Source: an uncultured virus (IMG/VR IMGVR_UViG_3300030495_000024)
Lineage: Duplodnaviria; Heunggongvirae; Uroviricota; Caudoviricetes
IMG/VR virus record: IMGVR_UViG_3300030495_000024
Direction: 5' to 3' (one strand)
Length of the DNA stretch: 64,000 nucleotides
The position numbers and the translations under genes are program-made. Under the pieces are notes generated by a model. That model saw nothing but the letters and a program-made list of their open reading frames with translations, was not told where the DNA came from and made no database searches. Position 1 is the stretch's first letter. Every line of letters starts with the position of its first letter. Shown here one piece after another: positions 37,122 through 47,241 of the stretch.

Positions 37122-37284
37122 CGAGCTTCTCCGGGGGCGTCTCGCCGTAGACGGCGCGGTAGTCGTCCCGGATAAACTGAAGAAGATACTCGCTGATCGA
37201 GAGCTTCTTCAGCTTCGCCATAGCCGCAACACGCAGTCGATCCGACTGCGTGCCGTAGGTCATGATGGCTTTCCCGCGGGGCAT
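37102..37284 (-). CDS. Small ribbon-helix-helix-like protein
   Basis: Beta strand then LRVAAMAKLKKLSISEYLLQFI. Confidence 0.5.
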   Translation of the reverse strand: MPRGKAIMTYGTQSDRLRVAAMAKLKKLSISEYLLQFIRDDYRAVYGETPPEKLDARVQC

Positions 37285-37323
37285 GCCCAGATATAGGCGC
37301 CCCTACTAGCAGCCGATAGACTT

Positions 37324-37340
37324 CCCCTATCTCTTATGGG
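37324..37340. promoter_or_regulatory. Palindrome family B (CCCCTA-tctct-TATGGG)
   Basis: Same 6-5-6 layout as 55865 and 62191; upstream of RHH-like gene and lysis cassette. Confidence 0.6.
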
Positions 37341-37358
37341 AAGAGTTCTGGCACTGGA

Positions 37359-38084
37359 TCAGTCCGACGCTACGAACCGATCCTCGATCTGTTCTTCCGT
37401 TGTGATCGTGTTGTTCAGGATGTCGGACTTGACATCCTTGAAGACCGCGAAGGCGGCTGCGACGTGCGCGCCGAGGGCGCGGCCCAGCGCAACGATCTCA
37501 GCCGCTCCCAGCTCTTGCGAGGTCCCATCGCGGAACTGCCAGGTGGTCCGGTAGGTCGGGTCGAGCTGCGCGCTCATCACCGAGCCCATGATGAGGGTTT
37601 TTGCCCGATCGTCGGTGTAGACCGGGTGTCCGTCCCAAACCGTGCCGCCCGTCTCGCGGCGCCAGCGAAGATCCTCGGCGATTGCGATGAGCCGGGCCTG
37701 CTCGTCCTCGGGCGTATGAACCTCGACGGCATAGCGCGCGTCGTGGAACCCTGGTGCCCGAACCACCACCGCGTGCAGCCCAGAGCCGAGCACGGTGCCG
37801 GCGGCGGGCTCGCAGACGGCACCGGCAGGGGCGCCGGCCGGCAGGGCCACAGTGTAGGGGGCGGCGAGCGCCAGGTCGGCCGGCACCGGGAAGGGCATCG
37901 GCTCGCGCAGGGCGAGCCCGCCGCCGGGCGTCACCCACAGCCGCTCGATGGTGTCCGGCAGAGCACCCTGCCACTCCAGGTGAGGAACCCCCCGCTGCGT
38001 GAGAACAGTCTTGAGTCCCTCGACGTTGACGGTCTCGGCAGTGCCAACGATGGCTCGGGTCACGTTGTCATAGGATACGATCAT
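37359..38084 (-). CDS. DUF4376-like tail fibre-associated protein
   Basis: RWRRETGG, TDDRAKT, WQFRDG, AHVAAAF. Confidence 0.7.
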   Translation of the reverse strand: MIVSYDNVTRAIVGTAETVNVEGLKTVLTQRGVPHLEWQGALPDTIERLWVTPGGGLALREPMPFPVPADLALAAPYTVALPAGAPAGAVCEPAAGTVLGSGLHAVVVRAPGFHDARYAVEVHTPEDEQARLIAIAEDLRWRRETGGTVWDGHPVYTDDRAKTLIMGSVMSAQLDPTYRTTWQFRDGTSQELGAAEIVALGRALGAHVAAAFAVFKDVKSDILNNTITTEEQIEDRFVASD

Positions 38085-38085
38085 C

Positions 38086-38520
38086 TTAGATGTCCATCAC
38101 GAGCAAGTAGGCCGTACCGGTGAAGCCGTTCACAACAACAGTCATGTTGCTTGTCCCGGTCACAATGTAGAAGCCGTAGTTGACGACGCGACCCGCACCG
38201 AAGCGATTGTATTGCCCGAAGCAGGGTGCCGCGATGATCTCTCCGGTGTTGAAGAGGGTCTTTCCGTCCTGCACGACGCTCTGGGTGAGCCGGAGCGCCG
38301 CGAACACGATGGGGGTGACGCCAAACGTCGTGCCGTAGGATACGGTGTAGCTGTTCGTCGACAGACCGGGTGCGCTGACGGCCTGCTCGAAGTACAGCCC
38401 CTGTCCGTCGTCATAGACGCCGGAGAACATCACGTCCGGGTCGAGGACGTCGCTGATGCGGCCCGTGTTGGCCCCCTTCTGGACGCGGAAGAAGTCGGGG
38501 CCGTTCATGTCGAGGAACAT
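38086..38520 (-). CDS. Minor tail/tail-tip-associated protein
   Basis: Beta-rich; downstream of J-like gene. Confidence 0.55.
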   Translation of the reverse strand: MFLDMNGPDFFRVQKGANTGRISDVLDPDVMFSGVYDDGQGLYFEQAVSAPGLSTNSYTVSYGTTFGVTPIVFAALRLTQSVVQDGKTLFNTGEIIAAPCFGQYNRFGAGRVVNYGFYIVTGTSNMTVVVNGFTGTAYLLVMDI

Positions 38521-38897
38521 CAGCCGGACAGCCTCTTGCGAAAGATCAGGTATGGTACTGTGGTCAGTGTGGCACTCACGACCTTGACCTCTACGAATAG
38601 ATGGTCAGTATAGGAGACGACGGTGTATGTTGTTCCATCGTTTGTCACCACGCTGGTCGTGATCCCGAACCAGAAATCCGGGGCTGTTGCCTGCGTAGGG
38701 AACCAGACATTACTCTGGTAGGTGTTGATGGCGCCGGCCTGATTGACCAGAGTCATCGTCGCCTGACCACGCTGGATGATCTGGTTGTTGCGTGCTCCGA
38801 GCGACAGCAGGAGGTCTCGTTCCGAGGCTGTGTCGACATCATAGCCCGGCCGCGAGACCCGGATGAAGCCGGGCCGTATGATGACGCGCTTGGCCAT
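38520..38897 (-). CDS. Minor tail/tail-tip-associated protein
   Basis: IRVSRPGYDV motif; context. Confidence 0.55.
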   Translation of the reverse strand: MAKRVIIRPGFIRVSRPGYDVDTASERDLLLSLGARNNQIIQRGQATMTLVNQAGAINTYQSNVWFPTQATAPDFWFGITTSVVTNDGTTYTVVSYTDHLFVEVKVVSATLTTVPYLIFRKRLSG

Positions 38898-39337
38898 CAG
38901 AGAAGCAGGACCATGTAGCGGAGCAGGAAGCCCGTCGAGGAGGGCGTCTGGCTGTTCAGGATCAGGAACTGAGCCGGGTTGCCGTCGACGAAGCGGTTGA
39001 AGAACTCGGTGTAGGCGAAGGCGTTGCCGGCGCCGTCGTTTTGCGTCCCGTAGAGGTTGTTCTGCCGCTCCTGCGTCGCGTTGTTCATCGGTCGATAGAC
39101 GAGGGCCGGCGTGCCTCCGAGGCTGGCGAGGGACCCCGGCAGGTAGATCGGCGTGTTCGACGCGGTCTGCCCGCTGGCGAGCGTGCGGAACGGCCGGCGG
39201 CCCGCGAAGCTGGAGGAGAACAGGAACTTGGTGCGATCGGTGCGATCGTCGTTGACGCAGTCGTAGCCTGGCTTCGCAATCCAGAAGCCGGTCTCACCCG
39301 TCGCCGGGTGCCGCCCGCAGAGAAGACGCATCGTCAT
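38897..39337 (-). CDS. Minor tail/tail-tip-associated protein
   Basis: FWIAKPGYD motif; context. Confidence 0.55.
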   Translation of the reverse strand: MTMRLLCGRHPATGETGFWIAKPGYDCVNDDRTDRTKFLFSSSFAGRRPFRTLASGQTASNTPIYLPGSLASLGGTPALVYRPMNNATQERQNNLYGTQNDGAGNAFAYTEFFNRFVDGNPAQFLILNSQTPSSTGFLLRYMVLLL

Positions 39338-39341
39338 GGCG

Positions 39342-42300
39342 TCAGTCCCAGATGGCGAGGTAGCGGGCGTTGAAGTCGATCACGAACTTGCTATCACCCG
39401 AGCGCGCCCGACCCGCCGTGACCTCACCGAGGTCGACGGTGAAGGCCGAGAGCTGATTGACCGAGATCTTGTTCGCCGAGAGCGTGCCGACCTGCGCGTC
39501 GCCAATGGTCGCGGCCGCCATATAGACGCCGATGTTGCCAGAGTTGAGCTTCGCCATCTGGCCGCCGCCCGGCGACCAGGGGCTCAGCTCGGCCTGGTTC
39601 GGCAGCGCGACGCCGAGGTGGGGCTGGGTGAAGAAAAGATAGGGACTTCCCTGTCCATTGGCGTAGGCCTCTATCTGGATGCGAACGAACACCGTGCCGC
39701 CGGGCGCCAGAGCGAAGCAGCCCACACGCTTGTAGCCTGTCAGGTCGCTGCCGTTACTGTCATTGTTGACGACGTTGCTCGACGCCACCGTCGTGAGAGC
39801 GTTTCCGTTACCGTCCATGAACGCGATGACGACGCGAGCGCTGCAGCGATGAGGGTTCAGCCAGGCAGAAGCTTCCCAACGTTGGTTCGGCGTGGCCGGG
39901 TAGTAAATCCGACCATCGGCCCGGTTGGCATAAACGATGTAGACGGCGCCGTTGTCGCCGTTGGCGCCCCCGAGCCAGTAGGTGTGCCCGTTCGAGAGCG
40001 CGTAGGACGCACTCAGGTCGATGCCATAACCTGCGATGGTCGTGTTCGAGTAGTTCAGCCAGCCGGCCGTGCCGAGGTCGAACGTGGCGTTGTCGAGGAC
40101 ATTGGCGCTGCCGCCCGAGGCCAGCAGACCCGTGCCGGGAACGCCGATGCCCGCACCCCCGAGGCCCGTCGTGTCCATCACGATCTGGTTCTGCGCATTG
40201 CGGAAAATTGCGCCGTAGACGTTGCTTCCGTTGCCGCTCAACTCGCCCATCGCCACCCGGTTCACACCGTTGGTGTCGTAGACCATCAGGCGAGGACCGT
40301 TGGAGTTCTGAAGGTACATCCGGTCGTTGCCAATGTAGACGATCGCAGCCGTGATGGTGCCCGATGCGATCTTCTCGGCAACCAGGGAGCCGGCTGCGAT
40401 CCGGTCGCCCTGGATCGAGTTCGCCTGCATGTGCTGCGTCTGGATCTGGTTCGCGGCAATCTGCGCAGCCGTGATCGACAAAGTCGTGATCTTGGTACCA
40501 TCGATCACCGTGCCGCCGTAGAAGACGGCAAGACCCGTCGCACTCCCGGTGCTGGCCATGAGGACGAGGTCGGGGTTGGACAGGTAGCTCGGGTAGCTGT
40601 TAGTGTCGGCGGCAATGAAGACGCCTGCACCCTTCTGCCAGAAAATGTAGTAGAACCCGCCGCCCGTAGGCACACTACCAGCGCTAATCTGCGCGCTGGC
40701 GACCACACCACTATCGTTTATGTAGAGAACGTACCCAGCGGTCCACTGGATAGTGTTGGTCAGGTTCCCGTTGCCATCTCGTCCCATCTGGAACTCGATG
40801 CCGACGACGCTAATACCCCGAGCGCCAATCTGGATACTGTTGGTCCGGATCGAGTTCGCCTCGATAGCGCCACCGTTGATCTTGGTCGTGTCCGTGCCAC
40901 CAAGCCAGGAGGAAAGCCGCGTCGCGCCCGAAACCGTGATGTTGGCCGCGGTCAGCACGCTCGCGTCGAGCATGCCGACCTTGATCGAGCCAGCGACAAT
41001 AATCGCAGCATCGATGGTCCCCGCCGTGAAGCGGTCGGTCGTCATGCTGCCCGCGATGATGCGGTTGGCGTTGAGCGAGCCGGTGAAGAGGTTGGCGCCG
41101 TCGATCGCTGTGACGGTGGGGTCGACGTAGGGGCTCAGCTCGGTTTGGCCGGTACGAGCCCCCGCCCACATGATCGCCGAGACGAAGACGATGGGATTGA
41201 CTGTTCCGTCCGCGATCAGGCGGAAGCTCGGCTTCGCGTAGACAGCGTTGGAGGGCGCAACAGCGATCAGGCCGACGCGCTGGAACGTCGAGATAGGGCC
41301 GCCCGTCGACTGATTATTGTAGACCGTCGCGCTGGCGGGCTGCGAGATGAAGTTCTGGCTGGCGTCAAGCCAAGAGATGTAGCAGAGCGCAGAGGACCGA
41401 TGCGCGGAGACGGCGGCCGAGAACTCGTAGGTCTGGCCTCCCGTAACGCTGTAGAAGGTGTTGTTGCCGTTCCCGTCGATGCGATAGCAGTCCGCATCCA
41501 TCACCTGACCGGAGGACGGTGTGCCAGTCGCATAGAGCTGCAGCTGCTTCGGGAGACCATCAGGCCCCCAGACGGACGGGCCAACCTGGACCCCGGTCGG
41601 GATCGTGATTGTCTTGTAGGCCACGGCGAAGCCGCGCATGCCCTGCGCGAGGTCACCGTTGAAGAACTGGTTGGCCGACTGGATGGCGAGCTTGGAAGCG
41701 GTGACTGCGCCCGCATCGAGCTGAGCGGCCTTGACGGCTCCGGCGGCGATAGCTCCCGCGAGGATTGAGTTTGCCCTGAGGTCGGCGCCGTCGACCTCTC
41801 TCGTCCAACCTAAGGTGCTGAAGCGGTAGAGCTTGCTGTCCGCGGTCAGGTAGGCCTGCCGACCGACGAAGTTGCCTGTCGTGGGGAGCACAGACACCGT
41901 CTCGACGAGCGCCAGGCTCGATGCGACCTTCGTCTGATCGATGATCCCGGCGCCGATCTGAGCGCCGACCAAGGCCACCGAGGTGGCGCTGACGGGTCCC
42001 GTGATAGAGGTCGAGCCGACCTTCGAGCTGTTGAACGGACGGACCCAGTAGAACTTGGTCCCGGTCGTCGACAGCGGATCCTGATAGGTCGTGTCGCGCG
42101 GGCTGAGCGTCGCGATCCGCGTCGCGTTGGCGAACACGTTCGAGGTGCCGGCGTAGACCTCGAGATAGCTCAGGTCGTTGTCCGTGGGATTGCTCCAGGA
42201 CAGGTAGGCACGCTCGAAGCCCCCGACCGCCACGAGCCCCGTGATTGCTCCGGGCGGGGCCGTGTTGGCGGCCGAGGTGATCTCCGCGGTTGCCGACCAC

Positions 42301-45300
42301 CCGGAGGCAGCGAAGCCGTCCTGGTTCACGGCACGCAGCTGAGCCTGGTAGACCGTACCCGGCAGAAGGTTGCGCTTCGTGATCGCCAGGCCGGCGCCCA
42401 CGTTCTCGGCAGGCCCCCAGTTGCCGGTTGCCGTCTCTCGGAAGCGGACCTCGAAACGTCCGAAGTTCGTCGAGGGGCTTGCTGCCCAGGTCGCCGTGAC
42501 CGAGGCCGAGACTTTGCCATCCACGCTCTTGTCGAGCGTGGTGCTGAGGCTCGGTGCGTCTGGAATGATGGGCGCGACGGTATCGATCAGGTCCGTGCCA
42601 ATGCTGATCGACTTCTCGGCCGAGATATTGAGCCCTGACTTGCCGTAGCTGTCGTAAAGGGCCACCCGGACGTAGTAGGTCTTGCCCTTCTCGCCCTTGA
42701 TGAAGACCGGGTTCAGCTCGCCGTCATAGGCAGGCACCTTCTGGAGCGGGTCGTAGCCGGAGGCCTGCTCCATCCAGACCAGGGCGCCTGCGATGTCGGT
42801 GGTCAGGGCAGGGCGCTCGTAGGAGACCACGACACTGAGCCCAGCCGGCTGGAGGTCGGGCACGACGGCAGGGGGAGCCGGCTTATTGACCGCGAGGGTG
42901 ACCGGCTCGGAGAACGAGCCCGTCATGTCGATCGAGCGAACGCGAACCGTGAACGCGCGCAGGGCGACGCCGCCGTTCGAGGCCTTGTTCTGGGCGAGGG
43001 TGTAGGAGAAGACGAGCTGCCCCTCGACGCGCTCGGTGTAGAGCACGGCGCCGGCGCCGTTCAGCACCTCGACGATGTACTTGATGACGAGCGGGTCTTC
43101 CGCTGCCTCCCAGGTGAACTGGGGGTTGATGGCGTAGAAGAGCGGTGCAGCCGGCTCGTTCACGAGCCGAAGGTTCTTCGGCGGCGCGACCGATCGGATC
43201 GAAGTCGTGCTGGCGACGACGTAGCTCACCGTGACCGGCGGGCTCTCGGTCACGTTATCGAGGCCGACTGCGACGATGGACAAGATGTAGGTGCCGGCGG
43301 CCGGAGACTCGATCCGGTAGAGCGTGTCGCTGGGCTCGGCGACGAGGCTCATCGGCCCCTGATTGAAGGACTGGTAGACCCGGTAACCGCGGTTGAGCTT
43401 GGTCTCGGTCGGGTTCCAGGTGGCGAGCAGGTTGTAGCGTCCGTCCGCAGTGATCTCCGGCACGATCTGGGCGCCGGTGACCGGGTAGACATAGCGGGAG
43501 AGGGGGCCGGTCTGGAGCGCTACGAGATCGCGCAGCTCCACCGTTCCGTCCACGAAGGCCCACTTCAGGCGATTGACCTCGATCGCCGTGATCTCGATCT
43601 GGTCGGGCTCGTCCTTGTCCTGCGTGATGGAGACGATGCGGAACGGCTTGGGGGCACCGATCGAGAAGACGGCGTACTCGGGCAGCGGCTCCGAGAGGGC
43701 CTGCGAGAGCTGCAGCTGGCTCTGCAGGCCAGGGGTCGCCACCGTGAGCGGGTATGTGACGACCTTCAGACCCCCATTCCCGTTCGAGAGGGTGAACTGG
43801 ATCGAGTAGGAAACCCCCGCCTCGAGATAGATCTGGTCGCGCAGCGGCAGGACCGAGGTCCCGGTTGGCAGCGCCGCCGAGTTCTTGACCCGGCCGGAGA
43901 TGACGTTGGTCGACTGATCGTCGGCGATGAGGATGACTTGGAAGGGCAGCAGGTAGCGGCCCATCCGGTTCGTCTTGAAGGAGACGATGATCTTTTCGGT
44001 CAGCGACGTGGCGAGCCGCAGCCGGCCGCGCTTCACGGCCTCCTCGGGATCGCGACAGCCGACCGCGACGAACTCCTCGGCGTTGCGGCCGTTCACATCG
44101 ATCGTGTTCTGGTCGTAGACCCGGACACGATCCTCTCGGTAGTTCAGGCCCGGGTTTTTGAACGAGACCTTGAAATCGTTCTTCCGCTCGGCCGCGTCGG
44201 TGAAGGAGTAGGAGAACGACCCCTCGACTGTGTTCTCGGGCGCGAAGATCGCCTGCGCGACCTGGTCATCCGCGTCCCAGATCACAGTCGAGTATCCGTC
44301 GCCGCGGTCGACGTATCGACCGCCGGCGATGCCGACGATGTAGTTGATCAGCTCGTTGGTGGAACGAGGGTCCTGGATATACTCGTTGAACCGAAAGCCG
44401 TGGGCCGAGCAGTGCTTGCCGAACTCATAGAAGTCCCACTGATCGGGGACCTCGGGGTAGTAGGCGTTCTTCCCGTACCGAGAGTTCTTGATGAAGTTGT
44501 AGGCGTGCCAGGAGGGGTTGTTGGTGTAGGCGATCTTGAATGTGCCGTCCCAGATCCCCGGGAACTCCGAGAGGTTCGTCGTCTCGTTGAAGACGTGGTT
44601 CGACGGCACCGGGACACGGATACCCCGATAGACGCCGGTGAAGTCGGGGACCTGCGTGAAGGTGTCGGTGGCCTTGATCGTCAACCAGGCAAGGGCGAGA
44701 TCCGGGAACGACACGACGTCTCGCTTCACCTCCTGGATGCTCTCGAAGGTGATGTTGCGGACGACGGTCTTGTCCGAGACCGGGCTGATGCGGGTCAGGC
44801 GGACGTCATAGGGCTCGTTGATCCGCGCGACCGGGATCCGATAGTCTTTGGGGTAGGGCGACCGAGTCAGACCGGCGATCTGGATCACGCCCGGGGCCGC
44901 GATGGCCGGCGTGTCGAACTGCTTGGTCGAGACCCACGACGTGTCGTTGAAGGCGTAGACCTGCTCGCCGGACTGCGGCGTGAGCAGGAAGTCGCCCACG
45001 CCTAAGGTTCCCGGCGGCGGCGCGGTGCCGCTGGGGCTATACCAAGCGGTCCGCGAAGCGCCGTCGTAGTCGGTCCAGGTCCAGATCGCGTACCCGCTGC
45101 GGCTCCCGGAGGCCAAACCGTTCGGGACCTGCCAGGACGTGCCGTTCCAGATGCGCGGGCTCCAGGGCGTGAGGTCCGACAGGAACCACATCGCACCGGT
45201 TGCCTTGGGCACGGGCTGCGTGGCGGTACCAGGCGAGACGTAGGTCTCCCGGTAGCTGTCGTTGATCACCGTGCCCGGGGTCGACGCACCCGGACGATAG

Positions 45301-45836
45301 TTCGAGGCACCCGACGTGTTCTCGACGGGGGGAGGGGGCTGGTTGTCGAAGGGGATCTGCCAGGTCGAGGCCGAGCGCGGCTTGATCTCGATCTTGAACT
45401 CGACACCGGTCGGGAACTCGCCGCCTTCCGCCGAGAGCGACAGCAGCTGCTGCACGACGATGCGAATGTCGATGTAGTCGATCTGGGTCTTGTCGCCCTG
45501 CGTGACGATCGCCTGCCCAGCGGTGCGCAGCTCCAAGCCGACGTTCTTCGACGACGACAATCCGCCGAGGTTGAGCCGGATGCTGTCGGCCGGGTTCGTG
45601 CCGCGCAGCATGCGCAGCTCGAAGTTCGAGATGTTCGGGGTGTTGCTGCCCTTGTCGAGCAGAGGGACGTCGCCGACGTAGAAGCTCGCCGCCCCATCCA
45701 CGAAGCCGTCGATCGGCCCCTCCGAGATCGCGAGCAACAGCTCGACGGTGTCGGTCGCGAACAGGGTGTCGTCGTGCCGCGTCGCCTTTCGGCTCGTCGT
45801 GGTCGAGCCCTTGCGCCCCTTCAAGCCGAGAGCCAT
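39342..45836 (-). CDS. Central tail fibre / tail tip protein J-like
   Basis: ISEGPIDG, WDGTFK.AYTNNP.W, FN3-like domains, Gp37-like repeats. Confidence 0.9.
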   Translation of the reverse strand: MALGLKGRKGSTTTSRKATRHDDTLFATDTVELLLAISEGPIDGFVDGAASFYVGDVPLLDKGSNTPNISNFELRMLRGTNPADSIRLNLGGLSSSKNVGLELRTAGQAIVTQGDKTQIDYIDIRIVVQQLLSLSAEGGEFPTGVEFKIEIKPRSASTWQIPFDNQPPPPVENTSGASNYRPGASTPGTVINDSYRETYVSPGTATQPVPKATGAMWFLSDLTPWSPRIWNGTSWQVPNGLASGSRSGYAIWTWTDYDGASRTAWYSPSGTAPPPGTLGVGDFLLTPQSGEQVYAFNDTSWVSTKQFDTPAIAAPGVIQIAGLTRSPYPKDYRIPVARINEPYDVRLTRISPVSDKTVVRNITFESIQEVKRDVVSFPDLALAWLTIKATDTFTQVPDFTGVYRGIRVPVPSNHVFNETTNLSEFPGIWDGTFKIAYTNNPSWHAYNFIKNSRYGKNAYYPEVPDQWDFYEFGKHCSAHGFRFNEYIQDPRSTNELINYIVGIAGGRYVDRGDGYSTVIWDADDQVAQAIFAPENTVEGSFSYSFTDAAERKNDFKVSFKNPGLNYREDRVRVYDQNTIDVNGRNAEEFVAVGCRDPEEAVKRGRLRLATSLTEKIIVSFKTNRMGRYLLPFQVILIADDQSTNVISGRVKNSAALPTGTSVLPLRDQIYLEAGVSYSIQFTLSNGNGGLKVVTYPLTVATPGLQSQLQLSQALSEPLPEYAVFSIGAPKPFRIVSITQDKDEPDQIEITAIEVNRLKWAFVDGTVELRDLVALQTGPLSRYVYPVTGAQIVPEITADGRYNLLATWNPTETKLNRGYRVYQSFNQGPMSLVAEPSDTLYRIESPAAGTYILSIVAVGLDNVTESPPVTVSYVVASTTSIRSVAPPKNLRLVNEPAAPLFYAINPQFTWEAAEDPLVIKYIVEVLNGAGAVLYTERVEGQLVFSYTLAQNKASNGGVALRAFTVRVRSIDMTGSFSEPVTLAVNKPAPPAVVPDLQPAGLSVVVSYERPALTTDIAGALVWMEQASGYDPLQKVPAYDGELNPVFIKGEKGKTYYVRVALYDSYGKSGLNISAEKSISIGTDLIDTVAPIIPDAPSLSTTLDKSVDGKVSASVTATWAASPSTNFGRFEVRFRETATGNWGPAENVGAGLAITKRNLLPGTVYQAQLRAVNQDGFAASGWSATAEITSAANTAPPGAITGLVAVGGFERAYLSWSNPTDNDLSYLEVYAGTSNVFANATRIATLSPRDTTYQDPLSTTGTKFYWVRPFNSSKVGSTSITGPVSATSVALVGAQIGAGIIDQTKVASSLALVETVSVLPTTGNFVGRQAYLTADSKLYRFSTLGWTREVDGADLRANSILAGAIAAGAVKAAQLDAGAVTASKLAIQSANQFFNGDLAQGMRGFAVAYKTITIPTGVQVGPSVWGPDGLPKQLQLYATGTPSSGQVMDADCYRIDGNGNNTFYSVTGGQTYEFSAAVSAHRSSALCYISWLDASQNFISQPASATVYNNQSTGGPISTFQRVGLIAVAPSNAVYAKPSFRLIADGTVNPIVFVSAIMWAGARTGQTELSPYVDPTVTAIDGANLFTGSLNANRIIAGSMTTDRFTAGTIDAAIIVAGSIKVGMLDASVLTAANITVSGATRLSSWLGGTDTTKINGGAIEANSIRTNSIQIGARGISVVGIEFQMGRDGNGNLTNTIQWTAGYVLYINDSGVVASAQISAGSVPTGGGFYYIFWQKGAGVFIAADTNSYPSYLSNPDLVLMASTGSATGLAVFYGGTVIDGTKITTLSITAAQIAANQIQTQHMQANSIQGDRIAAGSLVAEKIASGTITAAIVYIGNDRMYLQNSNGPRLMVYDTNGVNRVAMGELSGNGSNVYGAIFRNAQNQIVMDTTGLGGAGIGVPGTGLLASGGSANVLDNATFDLGTAGWLNYSNTTIAGYGIDLSASYALSNGHTYWLGGANGDNGAVYIVYANRADGRIYYPATPNQRWEASAWLNPHRCSARVVIAFMDGNGNALTTVASSNVVNNDSNGSDLTGYKRVGCFALAPGGTVFVRIQIEAYANGQGSPYLFFTQPHLGVALPNQAELSPWSPGGGQMAKLNSGNIGVYMAAATIGDAQVGTLSANKISVNQLSAFTVDLGEVTAGRARSGDSKFVIDFNARYLAIWD

Positions 45837-46384
45837 CAGACGACTCCGGTGTCGACGGCGTCGATCTGGAAGGACAAGTAGTGGCCACCCACACGGTCCT
45901 GGCCACAGAGGATCGGAATACGCGTGCCGATCTCGACCGTGTTCTTGGGAGCGCCGAGATAGTGGTTCTTCTTCTCGGGGGCGTCCTTGTTGTCGCGCTT
46001 CGGCGTGTTGAACATCTGCAGGATGCCCCCCAGCACCATCAAGATACCGAGCTTCAAGAGGATCGGACCGAGCACGGGGCCGGTCACGAAGCTCGCCGCC
46101 ACGAGCACAGCCCCGATGATGATCTGAAAGAAGCCACCGTTCTTGCCGCCGTTGAGCTGCGGGAAGATGTGGAGGTCCTGCGGACCGCCGGGCGAGATCA
46201 GCTCCTCGACGGTCTCGAGCCCCGCGACCTTGACCCGAAGGGGGCCGGTGATCGCGTTCCCGCCGAAGCCCGGGATCTGACGAGAGATCGCCTTCAGGGC
46301 TTCGGCGGGGGTGGCAGCATGGATCTCAAGGATCCCCGGATGAATGCTCTTCAGCGCGCCGTGAAGGTGGATACGTCGCAGCAC
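45836..46384 (-). CDS. Tail assembly protein I-like
   Basis: GGKNGGFFQIIIGAVL, NT...G.RIPILCG...GG..LS. Confidence 0.85.
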   Translation of the reverse strand: MLRRIHLHGALKSIHPGILEIHAATPAEALKAISRQIPGFGGNAITGPLRVKVAGLETVEELISPGGPQDLHIFPQLNGGKNGGFFQIIIGAVLVAASFVTGPVLGPILLKLGILMVLGGILQMFNTPKRDNKDAPEKKNHYLGAPKNTVEIGTRIPILCGQDRVGGHYLSFQIDAVDTGVV

Positions 46385-46706
46385 GAAGCACTCGCCCTTG
46401 CTCTACGACGTAGCAAGCAACGCCGTCCGAGCCGACGATATAGTGCTGCAGGTGGGGGTAATTCAAGAATGAGACAAGATCATCCCGGGTGAGATTACAG
46501 TCTGTCCCGGTATGGGTGTGCCAGGATGCAGTCACAACATCTTCGTACTTCATAAGATCTTCGCCGGAGATGTCGAAACCATCGGCCGGCTCGTGGCACA
46601 TGTTCTTCACCTCGACGATCTTGTCGTCCACGACGAAGCCGCAGCGCTCCGGGGCCAGTAGATCGTCCTCGTAGAGCACGAGAAGGTCCGCGATCAGGTC
46701 AGACAT
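46326..46706 (-). CDS. JAB/MPN-domain tail protein (gpK N-terminal-like)
   Basis: ERCGF, WHTH...LT..D. Confidence 0.8.
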   Translation of the reverse strand: MSDLIADLLVLYEDDLLAPERCGFVVDDKIVEVKNMCHEPADGFDISGEDLMKYEDVVTASWHTHTGTDCNLTRDDLVSFLNYPHLQHYIVGSDGVACYVVEQGRVLRAATYPPSRRAEEHSSGDP

Positions 46707-47211
46707 CGAGAGTCCCCTGTCTCGCGTCCTCGATCATGTCCCGGATCCGCTGAGGGACCAGTTCCATGGCGTCGATCTCGGTCTCCTGCAGGAACTTGGT
46801 GCCGTCGACCTGCGGGTGCCGCAGGACAGCAACCGTCGTGTCTCGCCACAGCGGCCGGCTGTACGGCTCGATCTGCGAGAGCGCACCCAGGAAGTGATGG
46901 AGGATCTGGCCGCGCGGCAGTAGGATGGCGCCATGGTTCGCCACCTCGGACCGGATGGCCATCAGGATCACGTCGCCGGGGAGCCAGTCCTGCGGGCGGC
47001 CATGGACAAGGCCGAAGCCGGCCCAGGCGTAGTGGTCGAGATAGAGATTGAGGCTCTTGCCGTGCGCGTCCTTGTCCCACCAGCTGTCCGGCCGGGCGAG
47101 GTCAGGCACGTCGATGCCGAAGTTCATTGCGTAGAAGCGGCGCATCAGCGAGTAGCAGTCGTTGACGCCGTGCTCGAACTCGAGCCCGAGAAGACCATCC
47201 GTCTTGATCAT
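46699..47211 (-). CDS. NlpC/P60 tail protein (gpK C-terminal-like)
   Basis: DCYSL, PGDVI, NHGAI, ILHH. Confidence 0.85.
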   Translation of the reverse strand: MIKTDGLLGLEFEHGVNDCYSLMRRFYAMNFGIDVPDLARPDSWWDKDAHGKSLNLYLDHYAWAGFGLVHGRPQDWLPGDVILMAIRSEVANHGAILLPRGQILHHFLGALSQIEPYSRPLWRDTTVAVLRHPQVDGTKFLQETEIDAMELVPQRIRDMIEDARQGTLDV

Positions 47212-47223
47212 GGCAGGGATGTA

Positions 47224-47238
47224 GGTACGAAACGTACC
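47224..47238. promoter_or_regulatory. Palindrome family A (GGTACG-aaa-CGTACC) between gpL-like and NlpC/P60 genes
   Basis: Exact consensus in a 30-nt intergenic gap. Confidence 0.8.
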
Positions 47239-47241
47239 GCT

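Noticed and set aside
39342..45836. Diversity-generating retroelement or invertible tail-fibre segment
   Set aside because: No reverse transcriptase or invertase in the window; internal repeats are diverged at protein level, not adenine-specific
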